Virus record (IMG/VR): IMGVR_UViG_3300014204_000016
Coordinates: 6,669-70,668 of that record
Reading direction: 5' to 3' (one strand)
DNA length: 64,000 nucleotides
Source: a virus
Lineage: Duplodnaviria; Caudoviricetes
Below the pieces are notes generated by a model. It searched no databases. It had not been told where the DNA came from and saw nothing but the letters and a program-made list of their open reading frames with translations. Both the position numbers and the translations under genes were made by a program. This document shows positions 27,244 through 34,931 of the stretch, piece after piece; within the stretch, counting starts at the first letter, position 1; the number at the start of each line of letters is the position of its first letter.

Positions 27244-27614
27244 GCGACATAATTCTGGTAATTGTAATGCTGTTGGCGTGTTCGGTAGCGAAATCTGAAA
27301 GTGAATGGTCATGGCACTATAAATTCGATTATGCCATGGCTCATTCGATTGAAGAGCATCCTTACGTTGACCGATGTTCATGTAGCGATAGAATCCATCA
27401 TTATACGAGTTATATAGATTTTACTTACTGCACGACTGCAATCGTTTTCAAAACGGCTGAATGGGAAAGAAAAACAGATATGCTTACGGAGTTGTGTTAT
27501 TATTTAGGATGCCAATACGATATTTGGAATATTACCAGAGCCGTAACTGAAAAAAAAGAAAAGTGGTTTATCATTTACGAAAAATATGAATGCGCGAAAG
27601 CGGGTGACAAATGA
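27240..27614 (+). CDS. secreted or lipoprotein-like hypothetical protein
   Basis: N-terminal hydrophobic IILVIVMLLAC, a possible lipobox. Confidence 0.65.
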   Translation: MSDIILVIVMLLACSVAKSESEWSWHYKFDYAMAHSIEEHPYVDRCSCSDRIHHYTSYIDFTYCTTAIVFKTAEWERKTDMLTELCYYLGCQYDIWNITRAVTEKKEKWFIIYEKYECAKAGDK

Positions 27615-28309
27615 GCGACATGCTGACACGGGAAGACCTCAAGAAATTGCTACAAGAAAAACATTCACTGCTTTTTAATAGTTGTGTTTTGAGACACGAT
27701 GCCGCACTCCGCGCCGAGATTGATCGCCTTGCAAGTGGAGAATGCGAAATGATTGCGGACTTGGGCGAAGAAAACAATAAACTAAGGGCCGAGCTTGTCG
27801 CGAAGGACGCCGAGATTGCGCGGCTGAAATCCGCTATAGGCGTTGCCCTTCCATTTGTGGAAAACATGCTCGGCACCATGAATAACAGTGACGGCATAGT
27901 TGGGTGGCATCAAAACGGAGATGTCCTAAAGTGGAGCGATGGACACGATCAGGAAATGCGAGTGGCGAGAGATGCGCTGAGTGGCGTATTAGGCGAAAAA
28001 CTTAGGCAGTATGCTTCTGTCGATAGCAATCATCTTGACGATTGGGGGAAAAGATTTCTCGATTTAGTTGACCCAGAACATAAAATTATTCCTCGTGAAG
28101 AATCCGACGCGACACTGATGGTTGACCCGCGAATCTGCAAGAACACCGAATTGCTTTGCTATAACTGCGCGTGTGAATTTTATAAGAGCGACAATAGCAT
28201 TGAGTGTTCCGCGAATAGATATATGAAAATTACGAGCGAGGCAAACAACAGAAAGCGACACGCCGACTGCCCCTGCGTACCCGCGATTATCAAAAACGAA
28301 AAGGAGTGA
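27611..28309 (+). CDS. coiled-coil protein with C-terminal Cys cluster
   Basis: CYNCACEF...C...HADCP. Confidence 0.7.
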   Translation: MSDMLTREDLKKLLQEKHSLLFNSCVLRHDAALRAEIDRLASGECEMIADLGEENNKLRAELVAKDAEIARLKSAIGVALPFVENMLGTMNNSDGIVGWHQNGDVLKWSDGHDQEMRVARDALSGVLGEKLRQYASVDSNHLDDWGKRFLDLVDPEHKIIPREESDATLMVDPRICKNTELLCYNCACEFYKSDNSIECSANRYMKITSEANNRKRHADCPCVPAIIKNEKE

Positions 28310-28315
28310 GCGAAG

Positions 28316-28777
28316 ATGAATACGCGTTATGTAGTGGGTTTCGTATTTAACAAGTCAATGACAAGGGTTGCTCTTATCAGAAAGAATCGCCCATCGTGGC
28401 AAGCCGGTAAACTCAACGGTATCGGCGGTCACATCGAAGAAAGAGAAACCGCAGTAAAAGCAATGGAGCGCGAATTTTATGAAGAAACGGGCGTAATGAT
28501 TAACGAGCTTAAATGGGAGAAGGTCGGCGTTATGTATCGTGATGATGAAGATTATTTCCAATGTCACTTTTTCAGATACATTTCTGTCAACGAGGATATA
28601 GATTTTCTTGCGCCCGGAATTACAGACGAAAAGGTTGAAGTACACTGCCTCAACGACTTGTCTGAATCATTGAGTAATGTTCCTTGGCTGATAGGAATGT
28701 GCCTCGACCTGAATCCCGGAGACTTTTCAAGTTATTCGATTAAGGCAACTATCGGTAAGAAAGGAGCCTCGAAATGA
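28316..28777 (+). CDS. NUDIX hydrolase
   Basis: Nudix box GGHIEERETAVKAMEREFYEETG. Confidence 0.9.
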   Translation: MNTRYVVGFVFNKSMTRVALIRKNRPSWQAGKLNGIGGHIEERETAVKAMEREFYEETGVMINELKWEKVGVMYRDDEDYFQCHFFRYISVNEDIDFLAPGITDEKVEVHCLNDLSESLSNVPWLIGMCLDLNPGDFSSYSIKATIGKKGASK

Positions 28778-29151
28778 ATGGCGAACCGTTAGAACTAACA
28801 GCCGATGAAGGAATGAGAATGTTGAAGTTTCTGAACATGTCACAAGATCAACTCGAAACATTCTTAAACGAAATGGATTACAGTGCCGCCGACACACTGG
28901 CGCTCTGGAAGCACATGAAGATTCTTGATGCGTTCATAAGAGACAATGAGGATGAAGTTGCTCCGGGATACGAAATGGTCCCCGCCGAGTACATGGAGTC
29001 CGTCGCGAAGTTGGTCGAGGCGGCGAAGCAAGTGAGAGATAACGCAAGTTGTGATGGCTTTCGATCTCATTGCGAGGGATGCGTTGATGCAGAATACTGC
29101 TTGACGCTTAGATTACAATCCGCGCTCGCCGCTGTCGAGAAGGGAGAATGA
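28774..29151 (+). CDS. hypothetical protein with Cys cluster
   Basis: ATGA overlaps on both sides. Confidence 0.65.
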   Translation: MNGEPLELTADEGMRMLKFLNMSQDQLETFLNEMDYSAADTLALWKHMKILDAFIRDNEDEVAPGYEMVPAEYMESVAKLVEAAKQVRDNASCDGFRSHCEGCVDAEYCLTLRLQSALAAVEKGE

Positions 29152-29705
29152 TCGTGGAAATAGACTATTCGTTTGTTGGTAGATATTTGAGCATGATGCG
29201 CCCGAAATATCGAATGAACTTCTTAGATAGGGCGCTTGCCTTTGCGACACTAAAAGAGAAAGCAATTCGAAAAGCTATTGATAGTGACGTAAATTGTACT
29301 TTATGCCGCGATTCGTTTATCGTGCGAATAAACTACATATTGCCCAAACAGGATGGGATAACAGAGGCAAAACGCGCAGTTTGTGTATGTGACGGCGCAA
29401 GTCAGGCCGGATTAAACATGGCCGACAAGGTAAGTTTGGCAAAGGTTATCGAGCGCACGAATAGATTGTTTTGCCCCAAGTGCATGAAGCCGTTTACTGT
29501 TTCCGGCGAAGTCGATCTGTATAGCATTCCGGGTAGAATGCCGAATACTTACGATGTTGTCTGCCCGAACTGTGCGCGCGACATAAATGAAATTGCCGGC
29601 GAGTATGCCGATATGATAAAAGTCTATCTCGGGCATAAAGATAAAATCGATTCTCAAAAGTCAATTTCGCTTGAAGACTCTTTGCTGCAAAAAATGTTGA
29701 GCTGA
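29148..29705 (+). CDS. zinc-finger protein
   Basis: CTLC, CVC, CPKC and CPNC. Confidence 0.7.
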   Translation: MIVEIDYSFVGRYLSMMRPKYRMNFLDRALAFATLKEKAIRKAIDSDVNCTLCRDSFIVRINYILPKQDGITEAKRAVCVCDGASQAGLNMADKVSLAKVIERTNRLFCPKCMKPFTVSGEVDLYSIPGRMPNTYDVVCPNCARDINEIAGEYADMIKVYLGHKDKIDSQKSISLEDSLLQKMLS

Positions 29706-29707
29706 TC

Positions 29708-29735
29708 TTGACTTGGAGTGCAATTCGAATAAAAT
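29708..29735 (+). promoter_or_regulatory. sigma70 promoter TTGACT-16-TAAAAT
   Basis: Near-consensus. Confidence 0.6.
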
Positions 29736-29836
29736 AAAAGTGGACCATTCAAAAAAGAAGGGATGGTGAGAAATATGAAATATTGCGGGTGCTGCTGACC
29801 CAACTACAATTTGCCCACAGGAATAATAGAAACGAG

Positions 29837-29863
29837 AGCGCCGGCCCCGTCCGGCGCTTTTTT
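29837..29863 (+). terminator. intrinsic terminator
   Basis: AGCGCCGG-loop-CCGGCGCT followed by a T run. Confidence 0.8.
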
Positions 29864-29873
29864 ATTTGCCCTA

Positions 29874-29902
29874 TTGACATCTTTGAGCCGTCCGTTTAAG
29901 AT
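29874..29902 (+). promoter_or_regulatory. sigma70 promoter TTGACA-17-TAAGAT
   Basis: Near-consensus. Confidence 0.7.
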
Positions 29903-29908
29903 AAGGCC

Positions 29909-29970
29909 TTGTTGGTTGGTATCACATTTCTTTCGACAGCTCTCTTATCGGCTAAGAGGGCTTTTTTTTT
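29909..29970 (+). ncRNA. candidate small RNA of about 60 nt
   Basis: Bounded by a promoter and a terminator; no RBS or ORF. Confidence 0.5.
29939..29970 (+). terminator. intrinsic terminator
   Basis: GCTCTCTTA-TCGGC-TAAGAGGGC followed by T9. Confidence 0.85.
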
Positions 29971-29979
29971 GGCTTTAGA

Positions 29980-30008
29980 TTGACAAACCCAAAAATACAT
30001 GTGATTAT
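29980..30008 (+). promoter_or_regulatory. sigma70 promoter TTGACA-17-GATTAT; predicted +1 at ATG 30015 (leaderless)
   Basis: 6 nt between -10 and ATG; no SD. Confidence 0.55.
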
Positions 30009-30014
30009 GCAAGC

Positions 30015-30338
30015 ATGAACTACTTAACGGCATATATCTTCGGATTACAACAAGGTAAGGACATAGTGCGCAGAAAAAATCCCGATATACGCTTGCATTT
30101 AGAGGGCGATACTCTTGAAATGATCGCCACAATATTAGACGAAAACGGACAATCCATCGAGGAAAACTGCGATTGGCCGGAAACCCACATGAATGAAGAC
30201 TGCAATTCCGATGATTGGTTTATAATCGAAAATAAAATACAGGGGGTTTCCTCCGATGGGCAGACCGACAGAAGCAACGCAATTATTGATATTGGCAGAG
30301 CTTGTAGCGATTCGCGCTGCGCTTGCAATTCAAAATGA
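30015..30338 (+). CDS. small protein with weak DUF2829/Tad2-like motifs
   Basis: LQQGKDIVRR ... EDCNSDDWFII. Confidence 0.5.
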   Translation: MNYLTAYIFGLQQGKDIVRRKNPDIRLHLEGDTLEMIATILDENGQSIEENCDWPETHMNEDCNSDDWFIIENKIQGVSSDGQTDRSNAIIDIGRACSDSRCACNSK

Positions 30339-30558
30339 AGTAGAAGACCTCACGGCACAAGTTTTACCCGTACCCGTTGATCTTTTCACTGTAGCAAATC
30401 AATATTCAATCGGAACGCTTTACGTTTATGTGAATGACGTTTCCGCGGCAGGCAATTTTGCCGAAACCGATCCGCTGCATGGCACGTTTACTTTTGCGCC
30501 CGGATCGATACCGGTTGTTGGCGACACCGTGGTAGCTGTTTATATCAAAACACCGTAA
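30256..30558 (+). CDS. small virion accessory beta-sandwich protein
   Basis: DPLHGTFTFAPGSIPVVGDTVVAVY pattern typical of phage structural proteins. Confidence 0.65.
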   Translation: MGRPTEATQLLILAELVAIRAALAIQNEVEDLTAQVLPVPVDLFTVANQYSIGTLYVYVNDVSAAGNFAETDPLHGTFTFAPGSIPVVGDTVVAVYIKTP

Positions 30559-30570
30559 CGGAGGAAAAAC

Positions 30571-30981
30571 ATGCCTTATCCCAACGGAATACAGGTAGAT
30601 GGAAACAGATCGCGTAAATCTAATCTCGGCGGCCGCAAACCTAAAGCGTTTGCGCAGACGGGTGAAACGACAGACAGCCATAGCGGTGAAATTGTAAATG
30701 GCTCAAGTGTTCCGGGGCAGACAGTTACCGAAGCTCTGGATCATCTTGCAACGGTTGTTAGCGGGGGTCTAAGTACTGCAAAGTACGCAGTCCCGGGGCC
30801 GGCCGCCGAAAATGCTTTCACGGTTCCAACAACATTTGTAGCCGGAAAAGTCAAAGTGTATCAACAGCGGCAACGCTTGGCGCTCACGGACGATTATACC
30901 GAAGCCGCGGCCGGAGCGAATACTCTCATTACCACGATTGTTCCGGTTACTGCCGGCGAAACAATGATTTTCGACTACTAA
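30571..30981 (+). CDS. virion accessory/fibre adaptor protein
   Basis: GGAGG RBS; NGSSVPGQTVTEALDHLA anchor motif; QRLALTDDYTE...MIFDY. Confidence 0.7.
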   Translation: MPYPNGIQVDGNRSRKSNLGGRKPKAFAQTGETTDSHSGEIVNGSSVPGQTVTEALDHLATVVSGGLSTAKYAVPGPAAENAFTVPTTFVAGKVKVYQQRQRLALTDDYTEAAAGANTLITTIVPVTAGETMIFDY

Positions 30982-30994
30982 GGGGGACATTGCC

Positions 30995-33900
30995 GTGAAA
31001 AAAAATCTCGCTCTTTTTTGTATTATCGGAATGTTACTTTACGGCTGTTTTATGGCCGTTATAACATTCTCCGCCGACACCCGGCCAAAAGAAACATCGA
31101 TCCAGTTTATTCCCGCCGGCCACGATCATTCAGGGACAACAAACGGAAATGCAACGATTAACCCGGATATAGTCAATGCGAATGCCATAGGCGCCGGGAA
31201 TGTTCATGCCGGAAATCTTACGGCCACGAATACAACGACATCCCCAACGGTACAGGGCGGAACGATTGCAGGGGACACGCTTACATTAAAACCGAATAGT
31301 GCAACCTCTCCGAATATAGCACTTCTACTCGACGATGATTATTCATACCTAATGACGGATAAAACGGGATTATCGATCGATAAATCCTCAAAACAAATTA
31401 CTCTATTTTCAGATACCTCAACGATGAACGATCCGTTTTTGAGACTTGAGCCTGTAAATATTTATCTTGGCTTGTATAATCACATACTTTCCGGGCCACT
31501 ATGGGGTTTGAATATCGAAACCGGGAAAGCCGAATTCCAACAGCTCGGGGTTACAAAACTTCTCATAACGGATAGCGGCAATCTTACATCAGAAGGAACG
31601 GTTACGGCTGATATATCTTTGGTTTCTCCGAAACTTCACGGTGGCACAGGCGCCGGGGATACACTTACAATAACTCCGAATACAACGATAAGCACAAGCG
31701 GAATTCTAGTACAGCCTACGGGATTAACGATGGGCAGTCCGGACGCCGGTGTTACGATGGACTATTCCGCAAAAACAGTTTATTTGACGGCCAATGGAAC
31801 TTCAACGGATACCGCCGGAATTAGACTTGAGCCGACATACGCATTAATTTCAATGTTAAATGCGGTTACGCCCGGTAATATTTTTGGATTAAAGGTAGAG
31901 GATTCGGAAGCATCCTTCACGAAAGTAAACACAAAAAAGATCACGTTTTATGACAACGGCGACATGACAACGGCATCGGGAACGGTGACGGCTGCAAATT
32001 TTTCTACTGTAGGGACCGCCACAGCTTCGCGCTTTGTTTCAACAGTAGCGCCGGGGCAATCTCCGATTTCTGTAACGAGCGACACCCTTGTTACAAACTT
32101 AAATTCTGATTCTCTGGACGGATACCATGAGGCAAGTTTCTTCAAATTAGCTGACGACGAGACAGTTACCGGAGTTCCCAATTTCAACGGCGGTCTTTCT
32201 GGAGCTACAGCGCCGTTCACGGTTGACTCAACTTTTTTAGTTACAAGTCTCAACGCTGATCTTCTGGATGGCTCTCATCCCGGAAGTGGCGGCGGCCTTG
32301 ACTCGGATACCGTTGACGCGCTACATGCAAGCTCCACGGCAGTTATGAATATGATTTATCCGCTTGATGGGGCCGCTAAGTATCCTAATGCTGTTTTGCA
32401 TACAGGGGCAGGAAACGGATTAGATTCTGATTTACTTGATACTTACCACGAATCGTCATTTTTTAAGTTGGCTGATAATGAAACCGTAACGGGCGTTCCC
32501 GCATTTGATGGCGGTTTATCGGGCGCAACGGCCCCATTTACAGTCGATAGTACGTTTCTCGTAACCAATCTGAACGCTGACACGGTTGACGGCTATAACT
32601 ACAACGGACTTCCATATCTCTCGACATCGGGCGGAACGGTCAACGGTGATATAGTGGCAAATAATATCACGGCCACAGCCGGATATTTCTTTGAGGGTAA
32701 CGGTTCGCATCTCACGGGCATCGGCGGTAATCCCGGCCTTAACGATGTTTTGCTTATTAGCGGAACATCGGCAACGCAATCAATAACTCTTTCAAATGGA
32801 GCATTGACAACTGGCGCAGTCGCATCCTTAACTAATCAGGATGTCACGTTTTGGGGATCGCCGACAGGGGCAACGCCGTCACAGTTTTTCTACGATGCTA
32901 GCCTAGGGTCCGCGTCCGTTGGATACAACCACGTTTTAACGGGTGTTAACGCCGCAGCTGTAGGCGAGAGCAATACAGCAAGCGGCCAAGATTCTTTTGC
33001 CGCGGGTAATATCAATACGGCAAGCGGCGCAAATTCAATCGCTATGGGCTATCAAAGCAGTGCGGTTGGCAATGGGGTTGCGATAGGTTATCAATCACAG
33101 GCTAACGGGGGTGGTGGAGTAGTAGCTATAGGACAAAGCGCAATAGCTAGTGCTTCTTATTCTCAATCCTTTGGCGTTTTTACCGATACCGCCGGTATCC
33201 TATCTGCAACTATAGGAGTTGGCATCGACAATACGCATAGATGCACAAATTATGGGGACAAAGACGTGTCGTTATGCGCGGGCGCAGACAGGCCTTCCGT
33301 ATATCTCAAATCGGCGGGCGGCGATGTTGCAAACACTGGCGAATTTGGTCATGTCGGAATCGGGACATATACGACTACAGCCGCGCATCTGACTGTTGAA
33401 CAGGCGACGGGAACGACTCCGGTAATGATCGTTGACAATAAGGGCGCAAGCGGAAATATAGCTAATTTTCAGGATAGTGGAGTAGCAGTAGCGGTAATTG
33501 GGCAAGGCGGCAATACAATTATTGGTGCAGCAACGGGAACGGCAAACGTAATGTTTCAGGTCAATAAACCCGATTTAGCGAATACTGCTGGTTTAATGAG
33601 ATTGTCACCCGCTTCGGGTCAGGGCAACACGGTAGTTGTAAATAAAAATGGAATGATGGGGTTAGGCGTAACTTCACCGGCTGCCGTTTTGGATATTTTA
33701 GCATCTTCAACCATAGGGCTTGGATATAGCGGCGCGGTAAAAGTATCCTATTATGACCACGCAAAGGCAGGGAATGGACCTATTGAAATACTAAATCGTT
33801 CAATCAATGGCGATCTTTATAGCAATGCAGGAATTTATATAAATTCTAACCAAAGCGGAAATGCAGGAACCTTAATTTATGGATATACGGCAGGAACGGG

Positions 33901-34657
33901 TTATTTGTTGGATATGGAAACAGCAACGAAAAGATTTGCCGTAACTAGCGGGGCGGATGTTTTAGTTGGTGGGTGTTACGCCCAAAAGATGGTCAACGAC
34001 ACCGGCAGCACGTCAGTTGTCGGAACGCTTGTTGCGAGTAAGCCGTTCGCGGAAGCGGGGGATGCGCAGAACGCATTTTCGCAGTGGGTTATTGACGGCG
34101 CGGTTATCGCAAAAACAAACGGCGGCGCACTTTATTATAGTTACGCAACGGCTACAGCCCAACCCGCCACAATGACAATATATCGCGACACAGCCGGAAC
34201 TCTGGCTGTTGCCACCTGTTCGCACGCGTGGGGCGGCGGGGCAGTCGCTTGTAATCTCACCGCGCTTAATTCGTCAGGCATTACGGGCAGACTTCTTGTT
34301 GCTGATAGCAAAGATAGCGATACGGATACCTCCAACAATATTCTAACCGGCGTTCTGGTTAACGGCGTAGCTCTCGCTTCAACCTCTGCAACAAATCCCA
34401 CGGACACAATCGGCGTGGTTCTCGATGCGGTTGCTAACGGCGCGGCTGTTAGCGTTTGTACGGCGGGAACGACCGACGCGCTTGTGAGGACTTCCACTTA
34501 CGCACAAAAGGGCTATTTCGCAATCGTTGACGACACAACGGCTGGGCGCGTGAACGTAAGCGCGACGGCAACAGCGGGCATCTCCATCGGCTCATTCATT
34601 GAATCGTGTCAGCCGAACAGCGATGAAACGTGCAAGATCAACATAAATATTAGATAA
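30995..34657 (+). CDS. tail fibre / receptor-binding protein (1220 aa) with internal repeats and YadA-like head repeats
   Basis: Thr/Gly/Ala-rich; NLNAD.LDG repeats; ASGQDSFAAG/ASGANSIAMG repeats; GHVGIGT motif. Confidence 0.8.
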   Translation: MKKNLALFCIIGMLLYGCFMAVITFSADTRPKETSIQFIPAGHDHSGTTNGNATINPDIVNANAIGAGNVHAGNLTATNTTTSPTVQGGTIAGDTLTLKPNSATSPNIALLLDDDYSYLMTDKTGLSIDKSSKQITLFSDTSTMNDPFLRLEPVNIYLGLYNHILSGPLWGLNIETGKAEFQQLGVTKLLITDSGNLTSEGTVTADISLVSPKLHGGTGAGDTLTITPNTTISTSGILVQPTGLTMGSPDAGVTMDYSAKTVYLTANGTSTDTAGIRLEPTYALISMLNAVTPGNIFGLKVEDSEASFTKVNTKKITFYDNGDMTTASGTVTAANFSTVGTATASRFVSTVAPGQSPISVTSDTLVTNLNSDSLDGYHEASFFKLADDETVTGVPNFNGGLSGATAPFTVDSTFLVTSLNADLLDGSHPGSGGGLDSDTVDALHASSTAVMNMIYPLDGAAKYPNAVLHTGAGNGLDSDLLDTYHESSFFKLADNETVTGVPAFDGGLSGATAPFTVDSTFLVTNLNADTVDGYNYNGLPYLSTSGGTVNGDIVANNITATAGYFFEGNGSHLTGIGGNPGLNDVLLISGTSATQSITLSNGALTTGAVASLTNQDVTFWGSPTGATPSQFFYDASLGSASVGYNHVLTGVNAAAVGESNTASGQDSFAAGNINTASGANSIAMGYQSSAVGNGVAIGYQSQANGGGGVVAIGQSAIASASYSQSFGVFTDTAGILSATIGVGIDNTHRCTNYGDKDVSLCAGADRPSVYLKSAGGDVANTGEFGHVGIGTYTTTAAHLTVEQATGTTPVMIVDNKGASGNIANFQDSGVAVAVIGQGGNTIIGAATGTANVMFQVNKPDLANTAGLMRLSPASGQGNTVVVNKNGMMGLGVTSPAAVLDILASSTIGLGYSGAVKVSYYDHAKAGNGPIEILNRSINGDLYSNAGIYINSNQSGNAGTLIYGYTAGTGYLLDMETATKRFAVTSGADVLVGGCYAQKMVNDTGSTSVVGTLVASKPFAEAGDAQNAFSQWVIDGAVIAKTNGGALYYSYATATAQPATMTIYRDTAGTLAVATCSHAWGGGAVACNLTALNSSGITGRLLVADSKDSDTDTSNNILTGVLVNGVALASTSATNPTDTIGVVLDAVANGAAVSVCTAGTTDALVRTSTYAQKGYFAIVDDTTAGRVNVSATATAGISIGSFIESCQPNSDETCKININIR

Positions 34658-34669
34658 AGGAGAACCATC

Positions 34670-34858
34670 ATGGCTGATTTAATTTTGGACGCATCGACGG
34701 GAAGTTACAAGTTGTGCGTATTGCTTGATGACGGGATAACGAAGCAGGTTATTCGGGACGGGATTGAAATAGCCGAATTGAAAGACCCGCAGACGGTTTT
34801 ATCGCTTTTGTCGGTCCGCATCCTCGACAACTGTTTTCCTATGAGAGTCGGTTGCTAA
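34670..34858 (+). CDS. small protein, possible fibre chaperone
   Basis: AAAGGAG RBS directly after the fibre gene. Confidence 0.55.
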   Translation: MADLILDASTGSYKLCVLLDDGITKQVIRDGIEIAELKDPQTVLSLLSVRILDNCFPMRVGC

Positions 34859-34931
34859 TTGTTGTCTGATTTGATGGATGAGACGGAAAGTAATTCCGTT
34901 AAAATAAGATCAAAATTCAGGAGGTTTTATT

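Larger units (their letters stand above)
27049..27618 (+). repeat. three exact 23-bp gene-junction repeats GAAAGCGGGTGACAAATGAGCGA
   Basis: 27049-27071, 27225-27247 and 27596-27618. Confidence 0.95.

Noticed and set aside
27049-27618. CRISPR mini-array from the three 23-bp repeats
   Set aside because: Spacers are 153 and 348 bp and are protein-coding; the repeat is non-palindromic and no cas genes are present.
29909-29940. cis targets for the candidate sRNA (10-12 nt complementarity near 665 and 37991)
   Set aside because: Matches of this length are expected by chance in 64 kb and are not at translation starts.
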